Source: a virus (taxonomy: Duplodnaviria; Caudoviricetes). Taken from it: a stretch of DNA of 31,500 nt. Position numbers and translations under genes: made by a program. Below are positions 1-10,038 of the stretch, piece after piece; the stretch's first letter is position 1, and the number at the start of each line of letters is the position of its first letter. Under the pieces are notes generated by a model. It was not told the origin of the DNA. It saw only the letters and a list, made by a program, of their open reading frames with translations, and did not search any database. The DNA lies in the IMG/VR virus record IMGVR_UViG_3300020470_000123, positions 1-31,500 of that record. The stretch is one strand, 5' to 3'.

Positions 1-24
1 TTTATGTCCTTCAACTGGTATCAT
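1..24 (-). CDS. 5' end (partial) of a small conserved cyanophage protein (MIPVEGHK...)
   Basis: ATG at 24-22 overlaps the TGA of the 84-aa ORF (ATGA coupling) and reads MIPVEGHK to the window edge. It resembles the small protein that commonly follows vrlC in cyanomyoviruses (recalled). Confidence 0.55.
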
Positions 25-275
25 GCTTTTTTAACTGGTATAGTTCCGTTAATTAAATCTTTTTCAGATGGTTTTTTTGGATTATTATAGTTATCATAGG
101 TTTTTTTATCCTTATCGGTTAGTTTTGATTTTTTAAATAGTTCTCTTGTAGTTTTATAATACCATTCACCTTTCTCATCACTATACCCACCTTTACCGAC
201 AAGTTTAGTTGCCCAAGGATGTAATTTTTTTATTGCATTAGATGCTTCTTCTAAAAATTGTTTGAAATTTTTCAT
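21..275 (-). CDS. small basic hypothetical protein with T4 capsid-targeting-like N-terminus (candidate internal head protein)
   Basis: 84-aa Lys-rich ORF. ATGA overlaps with both neighbours. N-terminus MKNFKQFLEE resembles the T4 internal protein leader MKTYQEFIAE. Confidence 0.7.
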   Translation of the reverse strand: MKNFKQFLEEASNAIKKLHPWATKLVGKGGYSDEKGEWYYKTTRELFKKSKLTDKDKKTYDNYNNPKKPSEKDLINGTIPVKKA

Positions 276-781
276 GAGTAATGGAAATCTCTGTCTTTTT
301 TCTTATCTTTTAATTTAGATCCTCTTTGACGTTTTTCGCCTGTTTCGCCATAACCATCTGGATGTTTACCTGCTTTTGCCTTTCCTATATCATCAGGTGT
401 TCTTCCACTCTTATCAGTATAGTGCAATTTAGCACTCTTACCTGCTTTTTTAGTAATAACAGATTCTTGACCATACTTACTACCAAGTTTTCTCATAGTC
501 TTGCCAAACTTTCTTTTTGACATTCCATCAGGTCTTGTTGTATGGTAAGAAACTTCACGGGCATCAGAACCATCATCATACTTATACTTACCAGTAGATT
601 TTCTAAATCCAATACCTTTTCTTTTTAAATCACCTTCAAGTTGTTTTCTTTTTTTACGATTTTCCCTCTCATCATCCCCACGATCTGGAGATATATGTCC
701 AGTATCATGGGTTTCTGATTTACTAAGTGATCTTGATAAACCACCCTCACATAATATTAAAAATTCTTGGAAAGTTATCAT
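272..781 (-). CDS. basic hypothetical phage protein (ISxxR...ENR...L...G...G.Y...E.S...LGxKYGQESV pattern), capsid-targeting-like N-terminus
   Basis: 169-aa ORF, start overlaps the vrlC stop (TAATG). N-terminus is MITFQEFLILCE and the protein is very Lys/Arg rich. Confidence 0.8.
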   Translation of the reverse strand: MITFQEFLILCEGGLSRSLSKSETHDTGHISPDRGDDERENRKKRKQLEGDLKRKGIGFRKSTGKYKYDDGSDAREVSYHTTRPDGMSKRKFGKTMRKLGSKYGQESVITKKAGKSAKLHYTDKSGRTPDDIGKAKAGKHPDGYGETGEKRQRGSKLKDKKKDRDFHYS

Positions 782-3700
782 TACGCTAAGGCAATTGCTC
801 TAAAGTCTTTTAATCTAACAGGAACACATTCGTTCGTGGATGCCATTACTATCTTGATAGTAAATCCACTAAATTGCTCCAAATCATTTATAGTGAATTG
901 ATATTCCGAAAAATCATCCAAACCATTTGGTTTAACATAAGCATCTGGTCTACCATCATTCAAATTAACATCAATAATCTCATCACCAAAACCATCACCA
1001 TCAGTATCAATTAGATTCTTATAACCAGGGAATGGTCTATATCCTTGATTAACTTCAGTTGAATCTGCAGTAAATAATCTATAATATGCTCTGAAATCTG
1101 CTTCTGGTTGGCGATTAGCACCAACTAAAACTTTTATTGAAGTTGCAGGTTGTTTAAGATTAACCCTATTTGAAACAAAAATTGATCCATGACGATCACC
1201 ACTTAATTCTGTAGTTCCAGTATCAGATGCATACCCATCTTGTCCAACTGGATTATTAATCTTATTTCTACCTAAAATAAAGGTTGCATTTTTAATATCC
1301 AATATTGGAGATAAATTCTTATCTGTTGAAGTCATATCAACTTTCAAAGTTAAGGATTTATTCTTAGGTAAAGTTTCCAATCTTTGAATCTCATTAACTT
1401 TAGATGCAACTAATCTAGGTGTTGGGAAGAATGTCGTTTCATTCAAAGTAGTTGGTTCAAATCCCTGATCAATAAATGATACTTCATTTCCATCAGCACT
1501 TGTTCCACTTACTGTTCTGACAGAAGCACTTGCACGAGTTCCTTTTCCAGGTGTAACAATATTAAATTGTGGTGATAATGTACTAAACTGATGATTTTGA
1601 GAAATATCTACAGTTAATCCACCTATTGCTTTCTCATCAGTGAAACATAACATATTCTTACCACTAACTCTATCACTTGTTCCTCTATCAATTTCTAAGT
1701 AATAATTGTCTATATTAGATGAAGATTTTAGAGTTGTATTTGTCGGTAAATTAAATGTAGTATTAATACCTGCTAATGGGAATCCATTTATTTCATATGG
1801 TTGAATCTTTGTATCTTCTGGATGTTCAACTGCGGAAGAACCTTCAATTCCTCTAGTAATATTAAGTTGACCTTCTCCAATAACATAATTAACTATTTCA
1901 GATCCTAATAAAGCTTCTCCTCTATCAGTAGTAACTCCAGCAAATCTGGCAAATGATGATGTACTTGCAACTGATACTAGTGTTGCATCTTTTGATAGGT
2001 CTGATTTTGTTAATGTAGATATTGTGTCTGGTTCTATACCTTTAATACTAACAATATTGTTTCCACCGTGATGTGCATGATTAGGTTGAACCACTTCTAT
2101 AACATTACCAGTATTAATATCACTTGTAGGAACTGAATCTGATGCTACAGTTACACCAGTAAGAACGGTTCTAGTATCATTATTTGAATTTCCATAATGC
2201 ACTATAGTTTCACCAGTAATGAAATTCTCACCTTGAACATCTGTTAGATATAGAGTGTCTGGTTTTGCTACTACAGCATCGACAGTGAATTTTGCACCAA
2301 TACCAGATGTATACTTACTATCAGTTTCATCTATAGTAAGAACATCACCAACAGAGTATCCTGTACCAGCATTACCAGAAGAAGCATCAATATCAGTAAT
2401 TACTCCATTAGTTAATGTTATTGTTGCAGTAATACCACTACCACCACCAGTTAATGTCTTTAACTTGACTCCATTTAAATTACTAAATGCATACCCTGAT
2501 CCACCAGTAACGAGAGTAACCGCATCAACACCAAGTGCAAGAGGAGCAGATACTTTTTCAACAATACCTGTAATACTATCATCTTCTCTATCACCAGCAG
2601 CACCAGTACTAATCTTTCTTCCAACTCCAACAAAAACTTCTTGACCTGCAGTATATGATCCACTTGGCCAATTTAATTCAAGTTTTAATTTTCTTGGAAG
2701 TGTTCTAATAGGATTATCTGATAATATCTGAGTATTTTCATTACCTGCCTCAACTGGAGTATTATAGAATGTAACTGTACCAGAAGGAACAAATTCTGCT
2801 TTATAAAGAGTAAATGTTAAATCTTGATACTGACTTGGAGTCCATATACTACCATTTTGAGATTTAAAGAGACTACCACCAATATATTGCTTAGTAACAA
2901 CAACACTTTCAACATCAGGTAAATTGGATGTTTTAACAGTCTTTTGACCCATTGTTGCACACCACATTTCATATTGATCAGATCCTGGTGATAAGAATAC
3001 TAAGGCATATTCTTTTTGTGCTTCCAAATAAATTGGTGATGGGAATTTAATCCTAGTAGGAATAGAAGCATCATCTGAAGTCTGTATATTATTCGGATTA
3101 ATTGCCACTTGAGCAAAATCTTGAACAAGCCAACCTGTTGGTGTTCCTAATTCTACAGTCCTAAGTTCTACAAATACCTTAGCATTTGGATCTTTCTTAG
3201 CAAAGTAAACATCAAATGAAGTTAAGAATGCACCAGATTCATCAACAGTAAATGATTGTGCTAAAGGATCTCTATAAGGAGCCCTTATTCTTCGTGTTGA
3301 AGATTCTTCATTAACACTAACAGTAGTATTAATTTCATTTGGTCTCTGTGCAGGTGCAGGTGGATTCCTAACACCGACAGTATTTGTTACTTGAGTTAGG
3401 ATAGTTCCAGTAGCATGATAACTTGTAGAAGCATCACTAGCTAATGCAGTACTTCCTGGAAGTACTGTTGTTCCTACAGAAGCAGCAGTTAATTTAAAAG
3501 TCTTTGTTCCTGTTCTAAACAAAGGTGATGGTTTTGGTATTCGATTTGCATTTCTGAAATATATTGCACCTAAACAATCTCCCCAATTATCAGAGAATAA
3601 TCCTGCATTCGTTACTACTGCTGATGCACCACTGGTATTTCCTATAAGTACAAATCCTTCGGATATATAACCACCTTGACCAGGTCTATTTGCAAGTTCA

Positions 3701-6700
3701 TTTACATCACAATTAAATATTTTAGATGTAGCAGAGTATGAATCAGATGGTGCTGGTCTTGAACTATCAAATATATCTACCGTATATTTTTCTGTGGTTC
3801 CACCAACAACACTTATATTACTAGAAGTTAATGATGCCCTAATCTGCTCCTCACCAATATTTTGTATAGTACCGCCACCAATGAAATCATTACCTGGCAT
3901 AATGTATGGACTACTATCAAAAGGACCTACGATAGGAAGTCTAATAACATTAGTATCACCATACTTGTGATTTGGTGGAACTGCTATAACAGTAGCAACC
4001 AATTTACTACCATCATATACATCAACATGTTCATAATTCTGGAAAGAACCAGAATTCATTTGAATTTCAGTTACTTTAGGTGTTATATCAGGAGCAGCAC
4101 TATCAAGATATGCATAATGCTTTGTACTTGGTTTTAATCCATTTGCATTGAATGCAACGTTTCTACTACGCATAAATGGATCAGTTGCACCACTAATCTT
4201 AATACTTTCAACATAATCAAACTCTCTACCTGCATTCTCTAATGTATTATGGAATGAAGTTTCTACAGTTCTAGTTGTAGTTGTAGTTCTAGTTGTAGTA
4301 ATATCTCTATGATTACCTATAAATCTTCTCTGATTTGCTTCAACTTCTTCTTCAGTTACCGTTACATCAGTATTGACATCAGTAGTATCGGAAACAATAT
4401 TTTGATGTTCAGCCCAATGAGCACCTGTAGATTCTATTCTATGAGTTCCCTCAACATATATTGTTCTAGTCCAATTATCTGATGGTGGATCAAGAATAAT
4501 ACCACCAACATATACTATAACCTCAAATGGGTTAATATTTTCAACTTGAGATGCTTGTGGTTGTTCAATCCACCTAACTTCCTCAAAATCTAATGTTAAT
4601 ATATCTCCAGTTTTCTTACAATTAGGATCTAAAAGTTTTAAATTAGATGAAATATCTACGACATTTTGATCTATAGAAGGATCAAATGCCAATTCAGCAG
4701 GAAGTGACCAGAAATCAACAGCACTAATTAATTCTTTATTAACAATATCAATCTCACATCTAGATCCTTGCTCACGATTGGTGTTAATAAAATCTCTATT
4801 TTTAAAATCATTTACAACAAATCCAGTCTTAAATCTATCTAATCCATCAGCATCAGTAACTGATAATGATTTAGTATCCAATTCAAGAGCAGTAAGAGAA
4901 GTCATTGTTTCTAAATTAGAAACTCTGTTCTCAATTTTACCAATGTCTCTCATGGTAAATCTTCTGTTATCATATAGCCTGATATTAGGATCAGTTATAG
5001 GATTATAAAGATACGGTGGAAGTGTGATTTCAGCAACTTCCATAGAATCACCAACCTCAGTAGGTGGTGCTGGATTTTCAGCAGAGATTCCTTTAATAAG
5101 TTTTACTTGTTCAAATTTATTAATTACTAATTTATCAATTCTTGGTAGATAATAAGTATATCCAACAATTGATGATTCATCTGGAGCAACAACATATCTA
5201 GTTGTTGTTTCAAAACTTCTTGATGAGAACGCAAATGGAGATGCATTAGTTGCTGATGGATCAAATTCATTTACTCTTGGTCTAAAATCAAGAATATCAC
5301 TTGTTCTAGTTCTTCCTATACTTGGAATATCATTCGTGTACCTATCCTTAGTATATGAATTTACAGTGAATAAATCACCATTATTTCCACTCTGAACTTG
5401 ATACTTATCAAATATAATAAGCAATCTCTTAGAAGGAGAACCTGCATTTGCTTTTCTAACTATCTTAGAATAATCAGAATACTGTTTCTTATGTCCCTTA
5501 TCCAATCTATAATTAGATGTTCTATTCACATAGTTTCCAGGAACTACTTTTTGGATATTTGATTCTATATTAGATTCTTTAAAATTAACTGTTTCTCCAG
5601 GTGTAAATGTATTTCCATTAAGATATACAAAATCAATTTCATTAGTAGAAGGTCTATTTACAATTTGACCTATTGCTCTACTCTTGTTACCAACAATTTT
5701 TTCACCAATAATAGAATTTGTATTTAATGCTAAACCTTCTACAAATGTTAGTCTATCTAAACTAGGAGTATTTGTATCTTTAGATTCAAATACTGCAAGA
5801 ATCTTTACTACATCAGGAACATTTAATGATATTTCCTTATCTTCAACTCTTAGACCATAAAATTTACTTTGAGTTAGTTGTGCATTAGTTGACACACCTA
5901 CAGTTCTTGTTATTTCTAGTTTATTACTTCTAATATAGTCTTTAGACTTACTTTTAAGACCTATTTTCCTTAGTGTTGTATTAATAGTTACATTTGCACT
6001 ATTTCTAGAAAGACCTGTAAATACTAAATCATTACCATCATTAGTAATAGTAACTTTATCTGAACTTAATTTTTCTGGTACTCCATCAATATCATAAACA
6101 ACAGAATATCTTTCTTGATCAAATGACTCAAAGAAAGCACTAGTAATACCAATTGCACCATTATCCGAAGATCCATCTAAAGCATCTTGGGTTGTTAAAG
6201 TTATACTACCACTAGCAGATGTTGCTTTTCCTGTTATTTGACGAGATATTGATAATGTTGAGTTTGATAAATCTACTGCAGAAACGTTTCTCTTAGGTAA
6301 GTTAGCATATAATCCAGAATTATTGAAATTAAGAATTCTAGGTGATTTAATACGGAATATTCCTGAAGTTGTTACTCCAGAAACAATTTCACCATTCATT
6401 ATACCAGTTACAATACCAACTGGTTGAAGTCCTATTGAACTACCATCAGCAGCTATTGTATTTACTCTATTATATGTCTCAAATTGAACACCATCAGTTG
6501 CTGTTGAATATCCAACAAGAGAATCAGTTTTTAATCCAACATGACCAGCAAATCTTCTAGATGGTGATGTTGCAGTTCCATTATCTCCAGTAGAGTCTCC
6601 AACAATTACTAAGTTATCAAAAGCAGAGAAATTTGGTAAAATTCTATCATATAGAACTGAATCAGCAGCAAATGGGGTTAATAGTTTATTACTTGAGAGT

Positions 6701-8412
6701 GTCTTAGCATCTTGATATACAGATTTAATGTCATCAGTAGTATAAGATGTAACTTTAATTACTGAAGAATTAGAAGCTATATTTTGCTCATTAAACTTTA
6801 ACTGTTCCCCTTGAATAAAGGTTCCAGATGTTTGAGATAAAACTAATTCATTTGCGTTTGTTCCAGCTACATATCCAGTAGCACCACTACTTAAACCACG
6901 AATATATGTTGATATTGGTGCAATATTAGTAATTGTACCTGGATTACTTATTTCAAGATAAGTGTAAGTTTGTATATCATACAAATATAAATCCCACTGA
7001 GTTGCTGCACCATTGTAAGAATCATCAGTAAGACCATACCAATAAACACGAGCCTCACCAACTTTTGCACCTAATTCATCGGTAGTTTGACTTTTTGCTT
7101 CAATTGCTCTTATTCTTCTACTATAAAGATGAATAACATTAGCACCACCACTCTCAGCAGAACCAATATTAATATAAGGAGATCCTTGAGCATTATTTAC
7201 TCTCAATAAACTACCCATTGCAAATGGGATAGGTGAATTTTTAATACTCTTAGTATCTCTTGGTTTATCTACATCTAAAACAGTTGTTGCTGGTAGATTT
7301 ACATCAAATCCTCTAACATATGCTGTGCCTGGTGACAACTTAACACACATTGTATCTTCTGAAGGATCATTACCTTCATCAGTCTTTTGACCTTCTACAT
7401 ATAATCCATCAGAACCAATCTCATCATTCAATGAATTTTGAATATTTACTCTAAATGGATTTACTGCATAGTTGCCAGATTCATCATATGTTCTTTTGGC
7501 AAAATATTTTTTAATCTCTGAATATACAGACTTATTCTCTAATTTCTTTATTTCACCATTTCGTACTCTTAATAACTCTACAAAATTGGTATCATTATAA
7601 TCTAATAGTGCCTTTTTAGTTAATTTAACCGATATTCTAAATCTATCTGCACCTGGTGCAGCAAAATTAGTAAATCCTTTAGCATTATCATTTAAAGAAG
7701 GATTGTCATTTGCATTAATAACTTGCTCTAATACTTCAAATCCAACTCTATATGATGGTGTATTATTATATGGTTCAAGAATTACAAGAGACTTATTTAC
7801 ATCTACAAATGTACCTCTAATAAAATACACACCTTGATCAACACCAACAGCAGATCCAACAGCAGTTGCATCTTCAGATACCAATGTTAAGACAGATTCT
7901 CCTGTATTTAATGTAGTATTACCATAAGTAATATTTTCTTCAAGTGTTAATATTTCTTGATTTGGAAATGATTGACTTTCTTTATTATCCCCAGAAGATT
8001 TATATTTAACAAATAAAGTAATATCATCAACACCTTCGGATGGTGGAAGAATATAATTTTTAATAGTTCCTAATATTTGAGAATTTTGCCCACGGACTAA
8101 AGTTCCCTTACCATCATTATTATTGATTATTGCATCAAGATATACTGTAATATCAATACCCAAATGATCAGGATTTACTTTTACAGCAAAATATGTACTA
8201 TCGTAAGTTACTCCACCAGGAATAACCATTGAACCTTCTTTAAAAATATGACTTCCAAACGATTCTAATTGGTTTTGCAATATTGATTGCAAACCTGTTA
8301 ATTCTCTTGCTTGAACTGGATATCCAGGTTTAAACAGAACCTTATAAAAATTTTCTGCCTTATCAAAATCATCATAATAAGGACTTATATTTAAGTTAGT
8401 CTTTTGTGGCAT
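781..8412 (-). CDS. vrlC: VrlC-like (DUF4815) large virion structural protein
   Basis: 2543-aa ORF. Shows the characteristic N-terminus (PYYDDFD...VLFKPGYPVQARELTGLQSILQNQ), APGADR, RTYDESGNY, FTMRDIGKIENR, DPLAQSF and the C-terminal FRAIALA. Lies directly after gp8, as in cyanomyoviruses. Confidence 0.9.
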   Translation of the reverse strand: MPQKTNLNISPYYDDFDKAENFYKVLFKPGYPVQARELTGLQSILQNQLESFGSHIFKEGSMVIPGGVTYDSTYFAVKVNPDHLGIDITVYLDAIINNNDGKGTLVRGQNSQILGTIKNYILPPSEGVDDITLFVKYKSSGDNKESQSFPNQEILTLEENITYGNTTLNTGESVLTLVSEDATAVGSAVGVDQGVYFIRGTFVDVNKSLVILEPYNNTPSYRVGFEVLEQVINANDNPSLNDNAKGFTNFAAPGADRFRISVKLTKKALLDYNDTNFVELLRVRNGEIKKLENKSVYSEIKKYFAKRTYDESGNYAVNPFRVNIQNSLNDEIGSDGLYVEGQKTDEGNDPSEDTMCVKLSPGTAYVRGFDVNLPATTVLDVDKPRDTKSIKNSPIPFAMGSLLRVNNAQGSPYINIGSAESGGANVIHLYSRRIRAIEAKSQTTDELGAKVGEARVYWYGLTDDSYNGAATQWDLYLYDIQTYTYLEISNPGTITNIAPISTYIRGLSSGATGYVAGTNANELVLSQTSGTFIQGEQLKFNEQNIASNSSVIKVTSYTTDDIKSVYQDAKTLSSNKLLTPFAADSVLYDRILPNFSAFDNLVIVGDSTGDNGTATSPSRRFAGHVGLKTDSLVGYSTATDGVQFETYNRVNTIAADGSSIGLQPVGIVTGIMNGEIVSGVTTSGIFRIKSPRILNFNNSGLYANLPKRNVSAVDLSNSTLSISRQITGKATSASGSITLTTQDALDGSSDNGAIGITSAFFESFDQERYSVVYDIDGVPEKLSSDKVTITNDGNDLVFTGLSRNSANVTINTTLRKIGLKSKSKDYIRSNKLEITRTVGVSTNAQLTQSKFYGLRVEDKEISLNVPDVVKILAVFESKDTNTPSLDRLTFVEGLALNTNSIIGEKIVGNKSRAIGQIVNRPSTNEIDFVYLNGNTFTPGETVNFKESNIESNIQKVVPGNYVNRTSNYRLDKGHKKQYSDYSKIVRKANAGSPSKRLLIIFDKYQVQSGNNGDLFTVNSYTKDRYTNDIPSIGRTRTSDILDFRPRVNEFDPSATNASPFAFSSRSFETTTRYVVAPDESSIVGYTYYLPRIDKLVINKFEQVKLIKGISAENPAPPTEVGDSMEVAEITLPPYLYNPITDPNIRLYDNRRFTMRDIGKIENRVSNLETMTSLTALELDTKSLSVTDADGLDRFKTGFVVNDFKNRDFINTNREQGSRCEIDIVNKELISAVDFWSLPAELAFDPSIDQNVVDISSNLKLLDPNCKKTGDILTLDFEEVRWIEQPQASQVENINPFEVIVYVGGIILDPPSDNWTRTIYVEGTHRIESTGAHWAEHQNIVSDTTDVNTDVTVTEEEVEANQRRFIGNHRDITTTRTTTTTRTVETSFHNTLENAGREFDYVESIKISGATDPFMRSRNVAFNANGLKPSTKHYAYLDSAAPDITPKVTEIQMNSGSFQNYEHVDVYDGSKLVATVIAVPPNHKYGDTNVIRLPIVGPFDSSPYIMPGNDFIGGGTIQNIGEEQIRASLTSSNISVVGGTTEKYTVDIFDSSRPAPSDSYSATSKIFNCDVNELANRPGQGGYISEGFVLIGNTSGASAVVTNAGLFSDNWGDCLGAIYFRNANRIPKPSPLFRTGTKTFKLTAASVGTTVLPGSTALASDASTSYHATGTILTQVTNTVGVRNPPAPAQRPNEINTTVSVNEESSTRRIRAPYRDPLAQSFTVDESGAFLTSFDVYFAKKDPNAKVFVELRTVELGTPTGWLVQDFAQVAINPNNIQTSDDASIPTRIKFPSPIYLEAQKEYALVFLSPGSDQYEMWCATMGQKTVKTSNLPDVESVVVTKQYIGGSLFKSQNGSIWTPSQYQDLTFTLYKAEFVPSGTVTFYNTPVEAGNENTQILSDNPIRTLPRKLKLELNWPSGSYTAGQEVFVGVGRKISTGAAGDREDDSITGIVEKVSAPLALGVDAVTLVTGGSGYAFSNLNGVKLKTLTGGGSGITATITLTNGVITDIDASSGNAGTGYSVGDVLTIDETDSKYTSGIGAKFTVDAVVAKPDTLYLTDVQGENFITGETIVHYGNSNNDTRTVLTGVTVASDSVPTSDINTGNVIEVVQPNHAHHGGNNIVSIKGIEPDTISTLTKSDLSKDATLVSVASTSSFARFAGVTTDRGEALLGSEIVNYVIGEGQLNITRGIEGSSAVEHPEDTKIQPYEINGFPLAGINTTFNLPTNTTLKSSSNIDNYYLEIDRGTSDRVSGKNMLCFTDEKAIGGLTVDISQNHQFSTLSPQFNIVTPGKGTRASASVRTVSGTSADGNEVSFIDQGFEPTTLNETTFFPTPRLVASKVNEIQRLETLPKNKSLTLKVDMTSTDKNLSPILDIKNATFILGRNKINNPVGQDGYASDTGTTELSGDRHGSIFVSNRVNLKQPATSIKVLVGANRQPEADFRAYYRLFTADSTEVNQGYRPFPGYKNLIDTDGDGFGDEIIDVNLNDGRPDAYVKPNGLDDFSEYQFTINDLEQFSGFTIKIVMASTNECVPVRLKDFRAIALA

Positions 8413-8418
8413 TTTTCT

Positions 8419-9990
8419 TTAGAATTCCAGGATGATTTTAACGTCTTCTTTTTGTCGAGTATTTCGAGCAATCGAAGGTCTATTATCAAGATAAACAATT
8501 TCCCCCGATCCTTTATTTATCTCAGGTTTAGATAGCCCCTCATTGAATGTGGTTTCTAAATTAATCAACTTTGTTCCAGATGGATTTGTACTAATTCCAG
8601 TAAACCCTGTATCAATAGTTCCTGAAAAAGTAGAACTTGTTCCCTTAACAGCATTAGCAGTAGATTCAAATGAATATATCTGACCACTAGTTGAAATACC
8701 AGCATAATCAGTCTGATCATTTGTAGTGGTATAATTTAGAGATCTATCTCTAAAATACTTCATAACTTGAGTTTCTTTATCATATGAAGCAACATAAGCA
8801 CGGGCTTTTTGAGGATCACCATTAGAATCGGAAATATCCTGTGTTATTTCTTCACCAATGGTTGGAGTACCATTAACAGTTTTAAATTTAAAAGCATGTA
8901 AAGATGAGAAAGTCGTTCCAGTAAAAGTATTGGCAGTTCCAACTTCAGTTGGATTCTTTACAATACCTACTTGTGCAAACTTTGTATCTGTTGGAAAGTC
9001 TTTTGTAGAATCATCAAATCTAGCATATATCAATACCTTATCTGTTCCCAATTCAGTGTAGATATCGTAACCATGCCCAAGAGATGGTGGAATTATAGGA
9101 ACTAATTTTGCCCGTTGGTTTGATGGATGTTGGGTATCCTGTAAAGCACCTAAATCCACAACACCATAACTATAACCTTTACCACCAGAACTTACAGTAA
9201 CATCCTTAACTATACCAGAGACAATATCAACTCTTGCCTTTCCACCTTCACCATCACCAATAATTTTAACCTCTTGTCCTAATCCATCGGCATATTTACC
9301 ACCTGCCTTATCAATATATACATGCTTAATTTGATTATTATTTACAGTGGAATCACCATTTTCTCGTATACTTCTAATCTGAGCATCAGTACTAGTTGCC
9401 CAACCATTAGGAACAGTAATATACTCTGTAGAATCAAATTTAAGTATATCTGATGGAGATACTGTATACATATATTTCCAAATATAACCATCTCCACTAG
9501 TACCAGCTCTAGAAGGTTCTAAATCGGTAAATGTTGGTTCATCTTGAGAAATATTACCTTTTGGATTTTCACCAGTTGATCCATTAGAAATGCAAAGATA
9601 AACTTTGAAATCTGAGTTCATTACATAATAATTTGCACCATATAATCGACTCGATTCTTTTATAGGACTTGGATTACTTACACTATAATCATCTCTATAA
9701 ATTTCATACCGATTTCCAGCAGTCCAGTCAATTCTTCTGATAATCCTTCTAATATTAGCAGAAGAAATTTTCTTACCATACATCATGGTGTCGCCAACAT
9801 GAGCATGCCTAGAAAAATTATCTACAGGATCTGGTGTATTTGTATTCCAGTTTGTATCTCTTCCAAATCCAACTGTTGTTGGATTAGGTAATCCAATGAA
9901 AACGTAATAAGAATTGTCATCAGACTCTACTGATTCTACAAAGTTATTCGCATTCAGAATTCTAAATTGATCAGTAACAATTGCCGACAT
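8419..9990 (-). CDS. gp8: T4-like baseplate wedge subunit gp8
   Basis: 523-aa ORF with MSAIVTDQFR, WTAG..Y..Y, YYVMNSDFKVYLC, DGYIWKYMYTV and C-terminal SGEIVYLDNR..I.R...QKEDVKIILEF. Syntenic after gp7. Confidence 0.92.
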   Translation of the reverse strand: MSAIVTDQFRILNANNFVESVESDDNSYYVFIGLPNPTTVGFGRDTNWNTNTPDPVDNFSRHAHVGDTMMYGKKISSANIRRIIRRIDWTAGNRYEIYRDDYSVSNPSPIKESSRLYGANYYVMNSDFKVYLCISNGSTGENPKGNISQDEPTFTDLEPSRAGTSGDGYIWKYMYTVSPSDILKFDSTEYITVPNGWATSTDAQIRSIRENGDSTVNNNQIKHVYIDKAGGKYADGLGQEVKIIGDGEGGKARVDIVSGIVKDVTVSSGGKGYSYGVVDLGALQDTQHPSNQRAKLVPIIPPSLGHGYDIYTELGTDKVLIYARFDDSTKDFPTDTKFAQVGIVKNPTEVGTANTFTGTTFSSLHAFKFKTVNGTPTIGEEITQDISDSNGDPQKARAYVASYDKETQVMKYFRDRSLNYTTTNDQTDYAGISTSGQIYSFESTANAVKGTSSTFSGTIDTGFTGISTNPSGTKLINLETTFNEGLSKPEINKGSGEIVYLDNRPSIARNTRQKEDVKIILEF

Positions 9991-10016
9991 TTTTATTAAC
10001 TAAGACTTTTTTTCTT

Positions 10017-10024
10017 TATTTATA
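10017..10024 (-). promoter_or_regulatory. T4-type late promoter TATAAATA
   Basis: Plus-strand tatttata is an exact TATAAATA on minus. It sits in the gp7-gp8 intergenic gap, 26 nt upstream of the gp8 ATG. Confidence 0.85.
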
Positions 10025-10038
10025 GTCGTTATTATTGG

